64,000 nucleotides of DNA, from NCBI GenBank assembly GCA_977018835.1, contig OZ361259.1, forward strand, positions 3,100,001 to 3,164,000. The letters are read 5' to 3'. Made by a program: the position numbers and the translations under genes. A model generated the notes under the pieces. The model had not been told where the DNA came from. It did no database searches and saw only the letters and a program-made list of their open reading frames with translations. Source of the DNA: Minutocellus sp. GHC0000111. Lineage: Eukaryota. Numbering within the stretch: position 1 is the first letter of the stretch; every line of letters begins with the position of its first letter. Shown here in pieces: positions 23,460 through 33,980 of the stretch.

Positions 23460-24596
23460 TTGGGCAAAATCTCATAAAAATCAGCACAAACGCACGCAGC
23501 AAGCAGCATGTCGTCCTGTCTTCAAGATGGCGGTGACGACGGCAGTACCGACGGCATCCGCTTCACGCAAGGGATGAGCGTGGTGTCTCCAGAACGGGTT
23601 GGTCCTTGACCTTGGACCGACTCGGAGATATCGATTTCATCTTCCCATGCCAGCGTCTGGCCGATTCACCCCATCCATGGCCCCTCCCGACTTCTGCCAG
23701 TTTTTCCGATCGATGACAACCGGTCGCCTCCTCCACACCTCCCGACCCCACCACCACCTCCCAAATGCATTGATTCAAGTAGCCATGTGGTTTGAGCTCC
23801 GACATCGGTCTCCATGGTCCCCACAATGGCGTGTCTTGTGCGGTCCGGGTGACCCCGCGCCAAAATCGAGCGGGCCAAAAAAATCATCACCCGCCCGTCG
23901 CGCCCGCCACACTCAATGAAACCTTCCTCACTTCTTCCAACCCACCCGACATGCAAACTGTTGCTCTACTGCCACAAAACACTGCATCCAACACCATGTT
24001 AATGCAAATGGCTGTTGCTGCTGCTGCCACCGCAGCTGATGCGCCAGCATGTCGCCGCTCCCGTCGGTCCGGCAGCTCCATCCCATGCTTTGATCATTTT
24101 GTCCACATCGGAGCGGCACCATCGATGCCTCCACAATTCGTGGCAAGTCTCCTGGGATGATCCAGACCATGGCGAACCGGGCATGGGCGGGCCTCTCACT
24201 TCAGAAACAGCAGGACACTGTGGAGCAAGCCCGAGAGGAGGAGCTGTGCTGTCCGAGCCAGACCGGTCCTGATCCGGCACAAGATGTGCCGATTTCTCAA
24301 ATTCAAATTGCTCGGCGCAGTTCGTCATCCAATGACGCCGATGCCAGCCCTGAGCCGACGGTCGAGGACAATGCTGGTGTCGCTGCTCGTCCTGGTGATG
24401 ACAATGTCGAAGCTGGGGGCATCGCCGAGTCCATGGTGGTGGATGGAAGCGGCGGCAACAGTGAAGAATCTGGCAATCCTGCCAGTGTCGGTGTTTCTGC
24501 TACCGGCACCGCCAATTCTGGTGGATCGACTTAGGAGAATTTGGATGTGCTGCTGGTTGAGGCCGAAGCGCAACACAAAAAGCTGCAGAGGAGGCT

Positions 24597-26939
24597 TTGA
24601 AAGGGCTAAGGGACACCTTGAAACGAGAAAAGCGGAAGGATGAAAAGGCCATGGTCGATGCCGAGAAGAAAAGGAACAAAATGAAGGAGGCGATGCGTCA
24701 TTTGGAGCAGAGGGTGCAAATGCGTGAACATCTTCGGTCGCACAGGATGCCGACGGATGCACCACCCGAACGCAAGAAAGCAATGAGAATGGAAGATGAC
24801 ATGCGACCTGCCATCAGTGCTGGGGAATGTGTCCTTGTGTCTGCCGACTTCAGTCCCAACATGAATCGGCCTGAGGGTGAGGGATTTGTTATGGTCAGTC
24901 GAGGTGTCGGTGGAGGTGCTCTTTGCGATGTCCAGCATGAGAAGCCTTTTGGTGGCGTGATGCATAAGAATGTGCCTCTCAAGGCCATCACCCCGATCCC
25001 ACTCGGCCTCAACACCGATTCAATTGCCAAGGACAGGCGCAAACGGACAGTAGCTGCTCAGGCGGGGATGGATAGTGTTGACAGCGCCGGTGCCAATAAG
25101 CGTGCAAAGAGCGATGGCAGTCCGATGGAGACTCTTGTCGGAAAGCTTTTGCATGGCATGCGACACAGGAAGAAGGATGGATGTCTTCGAAAGGAGGCGA
25201 ATCGAGCAACCAAAGGCAAGAAGGGATTTAACGACGAGGACAAGAGCATGCTTTTTGCCCAGGGATTGCTTCTGGAAGTGCATTTGAAGAGCACCGGAGG
25301 GACGCAGCACTCAAGTAGGAACAGTTCATCGCAGAAGTTTCAGTCGGATGGGAGGGTCACTATTCGTGAGCTCTGCAGAGCGTGGGGGAAGGGTAAGAAT
25401 GGGCTGCGAGACATCCAGAACGAGTCTCGGAAGAATGCCATTGCCCGGGGCATACCAGCAGATCAGGCCGAGCTTGCATTTGTCACCCCCGCTCCCAAGG
25501 ATTCGTCGGTTCGGCCAAAGTCCACCATTGACAATTACAAGACGGCTGAGCAGTACTTTACTGCTAAGCGCCTGTATGCAATCAATAAGTGCAGAGAGGC
25601 AAAGGAAGACTGCTGTGATTCTGTATCGAAGGAGGCTGACAATGAGTTGCTCAAAACGTACCTGACCGAGTGCGACACCATCAGCGACGATGACAAGCAG
25701 CTGTGGGAGCTGAAGAGGCGGGAGCACTTGGCAAGGCAGCCGTACATACAGAACGACATTGTTGCGGCCCTTTCCAGCAATCCTCAGCGATCGTTCCGTG
25801 GTTTGGAGCAGGACATTGGTCTGTGGTGCTCGCACAAGACGATTGAGCGGTGGCTCAAGTCATTCGACACCTTCACTTTCTACAAGGAGCGGCTGGTACC
25901 GCGCCTGTCGGAGGCTCAAAAAGCTAAGCATCTGGCCTTTGCTCAGCTCGTGCGGAATTTCTGGAACATTCGGGATGAGAACGGCAATTTACCGAATGGA
26001 AAGAAGCGAGTTCTCCTCGTGCATTACGATGAGAAATGGTTCTGGGGTCTCGTCCTCCGAGCTTTTGCGAAGGCTTGCGAGGAAATCGGCGTGAAAAAGC
26101 GAGATTACGCGGCCTTTCACAGGAGCCACATCAACAAGGTCATGGCCATTGCATTTGTTGCCGCTGTCTTTGACGGTTCTCTTGAGAGTGGGTGCGAGGT
26201 TGTAAAACTGCCACTGGTACGAGCTCAAGCTCCTAAAATAGCGGAGCGAGCTCAGTACGAAGCAGTATCACAGCCTGATGGTTCAATACGGTACCCAAAT
26301 ACCAACCCCGATGGGACACCAAAGGAACCTCTTCGCCGGAAAGGAGAGTCGTTTCTTGTTGATTGTTGCGTTACTGGATCGAACGAAGGCACCAAAAAGG
26401 ATCCGAAATGCTCTTTGCTCCTCGTATTCAAGGAGACTATTTTCCCAGCGATTCTCAACCTTGTCGGTCCGGGCAAGCAATACGAAGATTGCCATGTTAT
26501 TATCCAGGGCGACCAGGCCGGGCCTCACGAGGACGGAACCTTCACGCAATTTGTTACTAACTTCTGTGCTGAGCAAGGCTGGACGTGGCAGCCACAGGCA
26601 CCGCAGATGCCTCACGCCAACGTCCTTGACTTGAGCGTGTTCCCCGCGATGAGCCGGCGGCACTCGGAATGGGCACGAAAAATGGTAGGCACCTCCGTCA
26701 TTTCCACCGACCAGATCTGGGACACTGCCGAGGACGTTTACGATAGCATGCCTAACTGCAAAATTGCTTCGGCCTTCATTCAGTACTGGAGGATAATGGG
26801 CCTGGTGATTAAGGCCGGTGGTAGCAATGAGTTTGTTGGAAGGTTGGGTGACGAAAACTTGCACACTGGAATTAGGATCGACTTCAACGAAACGGCCAAG
26901 GGGATGGAGCCCTCAGCTCGTCATCCTTCTAATAAATAG
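24597..26939 (+). CDS. Mariner-like DD38D transposase (N-terminus extends upstream across a frameshift at ~24577 and a stop at 24532)
   Basis: VHYDEKWF (D, 26028), IIQGDQAGPH (D, 26511), QAPQMPHANVLDLSVFPAM (D, 26628) resemble plant-mariner DEKWF / QQDNAxxH / QPPNSPDxNxLDLGFF. HTH SFRGLEQDIGLWCSHKTIERWLKS. Confidence 0.88.
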   Translation: MKGLRDTLKREKRKDEKAMVDAEKKRNKMKEAMRHLEQRVQMREHLRSHRMPTDAPPERKKAMRMEDDMRPAISAGECVLVSADFSPNMNRPEGEGFVMVSRGVGGGALCDVQHEKPFGGVMHKNVPLKAITPIPLGLNTDSIAKDRRKRTVAAQAGMDSVDSAGANKRAKSDGSPMETLVGKLLHGMRHRKKDGCLRKEANRATKGKKGFNDEDKSMLFAQGLLLEVHLKSTGGTQHSSRNSSSQKFQSDGRVTIRELCRAWGKGKNGLRDIQNESRKNAIARGIPADQAELAFVTPAPKDSSVRPKSTIDNYKTAEQYFTAKRLYAINKCREAKEDCCDSVSKEADNELLKTYLTECDTISDDDKQLWELKRREHLARQPYIQNDIVAALSSNPQRSFRGLEQDIGLWCSHKTIERWLKSFDTFTFYKERLVPRLSEAQKAKHLAFAQLVRNFWNIRDENGNLPNGKKRVLLVHYDEKWFWGLVLRAFAKACEEIGVKKRDYAAFHRSHINKVMAIAFVAAVFDGSLESGCEVVKLPLVRAQAPKIAERAQYEAVSQPDGSIRYPNTNPDGTPKEPLRRKGESFLVDCCVTGSNEGTKKDPKCSLLLVFKETIFPAILNLVGPGKQYEDCHVIIQGDQAGPHEDGTFTQFVTNFCAEQGWTWQPQAPQMPHANVLDLSVFPAMSRRHSEWARKMVGTSVISTDQIWDTAEDVYDSMPNCKIASAFIQYWRIMGLVIKAGGSNEFVGRLGDENLHTGIRIDFNETAKGMEPSARHPSNK

Positions 26940-27034
26940 ATAGTATTAATATCTTTACACATGTATTAAATAAATGTTACACGTCTACAAATTATTTATA
27001 GATCTACATGTAAGATGCAGCAGCATTGGTTTGT

Positions 27035-28125
27035 TTATATCACGGTGGGCTTCTTTGTTCTTCTATTTCTACCGGTATTCATTTTTGCCTCCTTGGCCTT
27101 CTTATGATCATTAGAAAGCCACACAGCGTGGAGGGACTGACGAATCTTTCCGCGCTTCACACCATATGCATCGGCAAGTTTATTGTCAGTGAGGGCAGGG
27201 TGAGCAGTTGGTTGTTTACTCCCATCCTCATATCCCAACTTATATGCATCTAATGCAATCTTGTCAGTAGATAATGCAATAGAGAATTCTATTGTCTTGT
27301 TATCATACAATCCGAGTTCTCTGCTTCTCCACCCTTTCGGGTAGGCACCACGACCCTATCTTACTTGGCGATCGACTTCGATCATGCCTAGCACTGTGGT
27401 GACCGCGACCTCGCTAACCCAACCAGGAACTTGTTTGAAGGGGAGGTAGACCCCTTTCTCTTTTCTTCTTGGTTCGGGCCTCTGACTACATGTGGGTGAC
27501 TTGTAGTTCTTTATATCTTGTGGTAGTGGTGCTTCTCCGTACGTCAAAAAGCACGCAAGCCTCCGATGTTCCTCAACCTCTCGTTCAATCTGTCGTTCGG
27601 TTGGTTCGGTTGGAGGCAAGGGCTCCAAGATGGTAGGGGATGACAATTGAAGGTTGCTGAACGACGGGCATGAGCGGCTTGGGGTAAGAGCATACTGAGT
27701 ATGAACTGACATTGGACTTGTTACCATGGGCGTGGCGGAGGGAAGGTCGAATGAGCTCACGGGCTTTCTCCTCTCGCCGCTTGGCTTTGCGTCGGCGGTT
27801 GCTATGCTCATCTCTGAGAATGAATCATCTTAATCAGAATGAGATGAAACGGTAGCGGTACCGCGAAAGTCGGCACGCAATATGTCATGATGCTTGGGCT
27901 TGTTCGGCGGCGAAGCCATCCTCTTCGTTGTACTCGCGTCGATATTTCAACACACGAGGAGATGTGAGGTCTGACGATGCCGGTGGGACCCCTTGGTTGT
28001 CCTCCTCGTCATCGTTGTCCTTGTTCTCTCGATACCGCGGATGTTCCGGAGGGGCTGAATGCAGTCGCCTTGGCGCGTTTCGGTGGACGCGATGGACTGA
28101 AGATGTGTCCCTTTGGAGTATCCAT
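27035..28125 (-). pseudogene. Second, convergent transposon-borne gene of unknown function (degenerate)
   Basis: ORFs 27356-27811 and 27035-27310 are in the same frame, separated only by a TAG at 27356-58. Upstream coding-like sequence (MDTPKGHIFSPSRPPKRAK / ENKDNDDEEDNQG...RVLKYRREYNEEDG) and a pyrimidine-rich CAG acceptor near 27814. Confidence 0.55.
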
Positions 28126-28280
28126 GAGTATGGAAGCTTCTTGAAGCGCCAGTCGGCAGAAGTTGCCCAGTCTATTTGTGGTAATTGCTTGGAGGTCGGT
28201 TGTTGACGGATGTGTTTTGATTTGCTTGCTTTGCCGCGTGTTTTTCAAGGTGCGCGCAAACCGCCGTGTCGGAAAGTCCA

Positions 28281-28324
28281 AGACCCAAAAAACCGGGTCC
28301 CCGAAATTGCTGTCCCGGACCTCG
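28281..28324 (-). repeat. Right terminal inverted repeat
   Basis: Matches the reverse complement of 23417-23459; followed by TA. Confidence 0.9.
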
Positions 28325-28402
28325 TACATCGCATACGTAGGTGGTGAGAATCGCACGCACAATCCTCCCTGACGCCCACTGATTGCCTGAACATTGGATG
28401 CA

Positions 28403-29500
28403 ATGTCTCCTGGTGATGCCGCTTCGTCGCAATGGACGACAGGCATTGCATTCTCTATCGCGGCGTCTGTAGTAGGTGCAGCGTCGAAGCTGTGCATACG
28501 AAAAAGCTACACCGTATTGGAGTGCCCCGAGTACGAATCTTCGTCAGCAGAACCATTATCACACCATCGAATTTCATGCCTCCGATATCTGCAAGCATAT
28601 TTACTTCGTGGGATCGGCGTGCTTGGAATGACGACGCTCAATCCCCTCTGCTGCGTCATGTCGCTGGTCTACGCTTCGCCCAGCATTTTGGCTCCCTTCT
28701 CCGGCCTCACGCTGGTGTTCATTGTAGCATGTTCTCACAAGACAATCGGAGAAAAGCCAAGCACGTTGCAAGTGATTGCGGCCGGGCTCATTGTTATCGG
28801 GCAGATCGTCATCGCTCTGTTTGGTGATCATACCAACATTGGGCCCCTATCAATAGATGATGTGATAGAAGCCTACCTGGAGCCAGAATTTATAACCTAC
28901 TGCATTGGTATGTTGGGGTGGATGGCTCTACTCGTGGGGTTGATAAATTCAAGCAATTCGAGCGAACGGCGATTCGCTTGGGGCGTCATAGGAGGGTCGG
29001 TTGCGGGGATTCAGCCGTTTATAAAGGATGCTCTGGCTGTTGTGAGCGGGCTACAACAAGACAATGTGCCACTGGAACAATATCCATCTGGACTTTTCGT
29101 CCTCCTTATTCTGGCTGGTGTTTTGCCATTGATAGGCCTTGTGCTGCTAATGCAATGCATGCGACGGTTCGATGCATCTTATAGTGGATCCATGTTCGTT
29201 GGGAGTACGATTGTATCTGTTTCGGTCATGTCGGCTGTCCGCTATCATACTTTCGAACATTTGGACGGCTTCTCGGACGCCGTTTTTTATGTGCTTGGAC
29301 TTTGTATTCTGACGAGTGGCTGCGTTGTACTAGCTTGCGAAGGTGATGCTACCTTGGGCGAAACGTACCTAAGCCGCATGAAGAAAGAGGGTCCATTGCG
29401 GCGAACTTCAAGCGAATTCACATACGGTACAATTCAATTATCGGAAGATCGAGGGATTGATTCAGCAGATTCGTCCATTTCATCTGAATTTAATGTGTAG
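28403..29500 (+). CDS. NIPA-like magnesium transporter (DMT superfamily)
   Basis: SLVYASPSILAPFSGLTLVF..IGEKP, multiple TM helices, CMRRFDASY. Confidence 0.8.
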   Translation: MSPGDAASSQWTTGIAFSIAASVVGAASKLCIRKSYTVLECPEYESSSAEPLSHHRISCLRYLQAYLLRGIGVLGMTTLNPLCCVMSLVYASPSILAPFSGLTLVFIVACSHKTIGEKPSTLQVIAAGLIVIGQIVIALFGDHTNIGPLSIDDVIEAYLEPEFITYCIGMLGWMALLVGLINSSNSSERRFAWGVIGGSVAGIQPFIKDALAVVSGLQQDNVPLEQYPSGLFVLLILAGVLPLIGLVLLMQCMRRFDASYSGSMFVGSTIVSVSVMSAVRYHTFEHLDGFSDAVFYVLGLCILTSGCVVLACEGDATLGETYLSRMKKEGPLRRTSSEFTYGTIQLSEDRGIDSADSSISSEFNV

Positions 29501-29517
29501 AGTATTAGATTTGTTGT

Positions 29518-30648
29518 CTACTCAATCAATTTTTGCAAATCATGCTGGATAATTCTCCTTGCGCCATGGCCAATCTTACGAATAATATCGTATGCACCAT
29601 CAATTGACGATATGTCACCCACGCCCTTGCCTGAGTGAATGAATGCCCCCTCTGCGTCACCCTTACTAGCCCACTTGAAATCTTGCAATATTTGGCTCTC
29701 ACTTTTGTCAAGTTCAACCTTCGCCTCATGAATCTTGCCGTCCCACTTGTCAATGATTTCATTCCGAATCATACCACTCGAGTCGTATGGCTTTGGCCAC
29801 GGGTTTGAGGATACGCTGTTCTGAAGAAAGTCAAAAATCTCGTTTCTCGAGATCTGATCGGGCCCTACATCTGCATCTGCTAATCTTTGCTTACAATCAG
29901 CTCCCCCCCTAGCCTCATTCGACGCCCACAAGCGCGTCCCTAAGACAGCACCATCACACCCCAGTGCCAGTGCCGCTGCCAATCCCCTCCCATCAACTAT
30001 GCCGCCTGCTGCCAGCACTGGAATATCTTTCCACTGGTTGTTGGATCGAACAATCGAAACCAATCTCGAGGCTAGGGAGAGGGTGCCAGATCCAATGGCT
30101 GATTGGCACCCATGGCCGCCTGCCTCAGTTCCCTGTGCGACTATGCAGTCAGTTCCAGCTTCCAATGCCTCTCTAGCATCTGTCTCGGTACCCACCTGGG
30201 TTATTACTTTGCATCCATATCTTTTGGCAAGATCGATGTTGTTTGCTGTGTCGATTCTGCTACTAGACGAACCTCTTGTACATGTAACGACGGCCGGGGC
30301 AAAGAATTGGACAGCTGTTGGTTTATGCTTTGAGATAAACTCTTCAGTCAATCTCCAACCATCTTCTGAACCAAACGTAGAGTGACTGATAAATCCAACG
30401 ACCAGAGGTGCTGTTGGTGCTGCCGCTTCCCGAAATCTTTCCACCTCTTCTTCGAGGCATTTGGCTTCAGATTCTACGTTGTGATGCCCAGCACCGATGC
30501 TACCGAGGGCGCCTGCACGGCAGGTCTCGGCTGCAAGGAGCCCGCCAGATACGCCGGCCATCGGTGCACCCATGATCGGCACAGTGCAGGAGGGGAACAG
30601 CTTCGTGAAGCGGGTCTGCCAGACGCCGTTGCATGATGTTGGCGCCAT
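29518..30648 (-). CDS. Nitronate monooxygenase / 2-nitropropane dioxygenase family flavoprotein
   Basis: PIMGAPMAGVSGGLLAA, IVAQGTEAGGHG, PVLAAGGIVDGRGLAAALALGCDGAVLGTR. Confidence 0.93.
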   Translation of the reverse strand: MAPTSCNGVWQTRFTKLFPSCTVPIMGAPMAGVSGGLLAAETCRAGALGSIGAGHHNVESEAKCLEEEVERFREAAAPTAPLVVGFISHSTFGSEDGWRLTEEFISKHKPTAVQFFAPAVVTCTRGSSSSRIDTANNIDLAKRYGCKVITQVGTETDAREALEAGTDCIVAQGTEAGGHGCQSAIGSGTLSLASRLVSIVRSNNQWKDIPVLAAGGIVDGRGLAAALALGCDGAVLGTRLWASNEARGGADCKQRLADADVGPDQISRNEIFDFLQNSVSSNPWPKPYDSSGMIRNEIIDKWDGKIHEAKVELDKSESQILQDFKWASKGDAEGAFIHSGKGVGDISSIDGAYDIIRKIGHGARRIIQHDLQKLIE

Positions 30649-31160
30649 AATTCTTTCTTCTTTCTTTCTGACTTGCAGAATCCGAAACCAGCACTCAAAA
30701 TGAAATACAGGTGTATCTCAATCTTGGCGTCCGTCACGGGGGGAATAACACTTTTGCGATTACATAGAGCTGGGGTGCCAGGCGACTTGTGGTCCCTTCT
30801 GCGGCATGACATGTTCTGAGTTCTGCCCTCGGCTCAACGCAGCAGTATGGTCAGGTATTGCTTCGACGGACAGCTGGACGGACATTGCCAAAGATTTTCG
30901 CACACGCACTATCACAAGCACTATCACAATTCTCTGCTTCGAAGGGACGAAGGCCGTTGAACGCGCCTCGGCCAGAGAGTTGTTACAGCATAGCACACAA
31001 GCATTCCGATTGGTAAGCAGCCAAAGTACTGTAACAACTCTAGCATATAGTTGATATTTGACTCTTGTGATCACTTCTGGAACTGGTAAAGGAGGGAGAA
31101 AGCAATCGATTTATTACAGACGGGTCAAGCACATCTTGCGCCTACTCTGATTCTCGAAAG

Positions 31161-32215
31161 ATGATCGGCCGGAAGAGCAAGAAGGCGATGCCCGAGGTTG
31201 ACTGCGACCTCAGCCTAACAGATCGCAAAGACCACAACGGAGAGAATTCAATTCTTTCCTCCATACCCTCGCCGCAAGCTGCGACGGATATCTACGGCTG
31301 GGGTGCTGCATTCGCCAATGGCCTTGGCGGCGGCGGCAATCCCAACTCCATCTCAAACAGGAAACCAAAGAGTGCGGCAGCTGTTGCCGCTGCCAAGAAT
31401 CGGAGAGAAGTATTTGATGGGTCCCAGGAACTTATTCGAAACAGCCCAAGCTTAATGGACAGAGACGAAAGCTTATGGTTCAAACTGACGAGGTCACTGA
31501 GTTTTAGCAAATCCAAATCCAAAGCAGAGGCCTCAACCAAGGTCAAGAAGCAAAAACGCGAGAAGAGAAACAAGAAGAAGCAAGAGGCCAAGCGAGCCGA
31601 GGCATTCCTCACCAAAAGTGCCAGCCGTAGCCAAAGTCGAAGCCGTAGTAGGAGTGGAGGGCGATTCCGCGGTCGTTACGACCGAGAAGAACGTGATACG
31701 CGCTCCCCATCTTTCGACGACGAGTATGATGACAACAAAAGTAGCAAGTCGGGAAAAAGTAAGAAAAGCAAGAGGGGAAACAAGAACAAAAACAAGGGAG
31801 GTCGCAACTCCCTGTTTGATTCCAGCGGTGCCCTCTTCTCCAAAGGCAAGGACGAGAATGAGAAGGGCCATAGACGATCGTTATCGAGGAGCAGGTCACG
31901 TGCCAAAAGAGGCAAGAGCAGCAACAACAAAACATCGCTGATGGATTCCATGTCAACATCGGACAAAAAGAGTCGAAGTAGGAGCGGACGGAGTCAAAGT
32001 CGATCCAAGAGCCGATCTCATGCGCGCGAGATTGAGTACTTCGAAGAAGATGTTGAGGAGAGAGAGAGGAAAGGGAAAGGGAAAAGAAGGAGAAGAAGAA
32101 GGTCAAGCATGACGAAGATGATGCGTATGACAAATTGCAAAAACTTCTTGGCATTACATGCTGCACTTCCAGCACCTGTGCGGTTGCTGTTATCGTTGGT
32201 CTTCATCTTCTCTAA
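31161..32215 (+). CDS. Lys/Arg/Ser-rich low-complexity protein, probably with C-terminal hydrophobic tail; likely frameshift near 32085
   Basis: Long SRSRS/KK-rich ORF. An alternative frame after the purine run gives KEKKKVKHDEDDAYDKLQKLLGITCCTSSTCAVAVIVGLHLL*. Confidence 0.55.
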
Positions 32216-32364
32216 TATTCTTCGTAATTTAATGTAATGAAACATATAAATGTGATTTAACTTTAGATTGATTGTGTACAGACATCTACCAGTAGCTGAG
32301 TCTCTGGTTTGTGTCATAGTAGCTGATGAAGGCAATATCAACGAGATAGGACTGTCACAGCGAT

Positions 32365-33168
32365 TTATGCAGCTGTTCCTGTAGTCCAGGGGTTTAACTT
32401 TGCTGGCATGGAATGCCTTCGTTCAGCTCTTCTCATCATAGTGCGACTGTCGTTGTCACCCTTCTCCTCTTCCTTGCCCTCCACTTCGTCCCAATGCGTG
32501 GAGTGATACATGGAATGTCTTCTATTGGACGCTCGCGCCGTGGAGTGGCTTGCATCGTCGTCCTTCTCCACTTCATCCCAATTCGTAAAGTAATCAGCTC
32601 TAGTTTCACTCGAGCGACTCGCGTTGTCGCTCTTCTGCATATCCTCCCAATGCAGGGAATCTCTTCTTCTGGCTCGACTCTCGTCCGAGCGTTGCGCTTG
32701 CAGATCCTCAATGATCAACATGTTCGTCACGTACTCGGTATCAGCCTCTGCTAGCTTGATCGCTCTCTGTTCAGAAGGCCTTGAATGATACCGGGAGGCG
32801 GATCTAATAGCGTTGACATTGGGCATCGATGTGCTTAGAAGCTGACGTTCCTGTTCGATGAAGACAGCGTTCATTACATTTTCTTTGATTTTCCGTCTGG
32901 TTCGAACGACGGTTGACTTTACGAGGTGCTCGAGGCCACGCCCACATCGACCGTTCTCTTCTGTTACTTGCTCAGGTCTGTGACGCATATAGCCGATGGT
33001 CGTTTTGGCCTCAACTTCAGTGAGCGTTCGTTCCTCGCGAGATATCCATGTGGAAGTAATTTCGGCAGCCGTCATGTCATTTTTGTGGAGATGGTGCCGC
33101 ACGTCGCAGAAGGGAGCGAACGCCACGCCCATTGCCTTTGAGCGCCGGCGGCGCACCCATTTTTCCAT
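32365..33168 (-). CDS. Diatom 'CxRGLE' family protein (copy 1)
   Basis: VAFAP...HHLH..DMT..EI..TWI...EAKTTI.YM...CGRGLEH...NAVFIEQERQ; similar to ORFs at 55492 and 58374. Confidence 0.75.
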   Translation of the reverse strand: MEKWVRRRRSKAMGVAFAPFCDVRHHLHKNDMTAAEITSTWISREERTLTEVEAKTTIGYMRHRPEQVTEENGRCGRGLEHLVKSTVVRTRRKIKENVMNAVFIEQERQLLSTSMPNVNAIRSASRYHSRPSEQRAIKLAEADTEYVTNMLIIEDLQAQRSDESRARRRDSLHWEDMQKSDNASRSSETRADYFTNWDEVEKDDDASHSTARASNRRHSMYHSTHWDEVEGKEEEKGDNDSRTMMRRAERRHSMPAKLNPWTTGTAA

Positions 33169-33980
33169 TCTCTACTGATTTTTCGATACTGGATGAAATG
33201 TTGTAAGAGCTGCATCAGCGGTGGAAAATTGGATTGCTTCACCGCGAAAGGGCAGATCTGGAACGATTATTGACTTATTGACTCGCACAAAAAAGAGTGG
33301 TTTAGTTTGTGGAGCACTTGCATCCGGACAACTAAATGAGTTGGATTCCATGGGAGCGTCGCACCCGCTTGTGCCGGCCCGAGAGTTGGCCAAAGCAGCG
33401 GTGCGCGCAGTGTCTTGATGACAGCGGCGGAAAAAAACAAAGACCGAAAAATGACCCCTCATGGTAAAGGGATCGGCTGCATGGGATCGGCTGCATGCAA
33501 GTACTGCCGAAGATCTGGCTACTACGTAGCTACGACCGGGCACTTGCCGGCAGCCTCTTGCAATGATTTTATGGTTCAGTAGGGATTCCTTTGGAATGAA
33601 TCATGTCGTTTTGCCTGCGTTTCGGCACATAATGCCGCGAAAATTGGCCGCCTTCTGCCCCCCGTCCGCCATTGGAATGCAATCAGCTCTTTGGCAGGTC
33701 AGCAAGGTAAAAAAATGTAGAAATGTTTACTTGGATCTATGAAATCAAACTCCTACAAGAAATGGGCGGGCTCTCGGCCAGATTCAATAACATTTCGTAC
33801 CGGTACTAGCTACGTAGCTACTAGTATACGAAGGAACCCACTACTTTTATCTCTGGCCGCCGAATGGCAACAATCCGATTTGACTTTTTTATTTCGATCT
33901 ACCGAGCAGTGATTCCTTCGTCTCATGAACATGAAATTTGATCTATCGCAACCTGACCTCAACTCATGCGGTGCAGCAAC

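Larger units (their letters stand above)
23417..28324. mobile_element. Complete ~4.9 kb Tc1/mariner-superfamily DNA transposon with TA target-site duplication
   Basis: Left end TA|CGAGGTCGCAGACAGCAGTTTCAGGGACCCGGTTTTCGGGTCT; right end AGACCCAAAAAACCGGGTCCCCGAAATTGCTGTCCCGGACCTCG|TA. These are imperfect TIRs with TA at 23415-16 and 28325-26, enclosing a DDD transposase. Confidence 0.9.

Noticed and set aside
24532..27358. Stop-codon readthrough or an alternative genetic code (in-frame TAGs at 24532 and 27356)
   Set aside because: Both lie in a decaying transposon and fit point mutations; host genes such as YKT6 and the kinase use standard stops at expected ends.
27035..28125. Second transposon ORF as a Fanzor/TnpB RNA-guided nuclease
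   Set aside because: No RuvC motifs (DPG/DLG, central Glu, RDxNA) and no CxxC zinc finger in the repaired translation; too short.
28403..30648. NIPA transporter and nitronate monooxygenase as transposon cargo or a gene cluster
   Set aside because: Both lie outside the right TIR/TA boundary and have no evident functional link.
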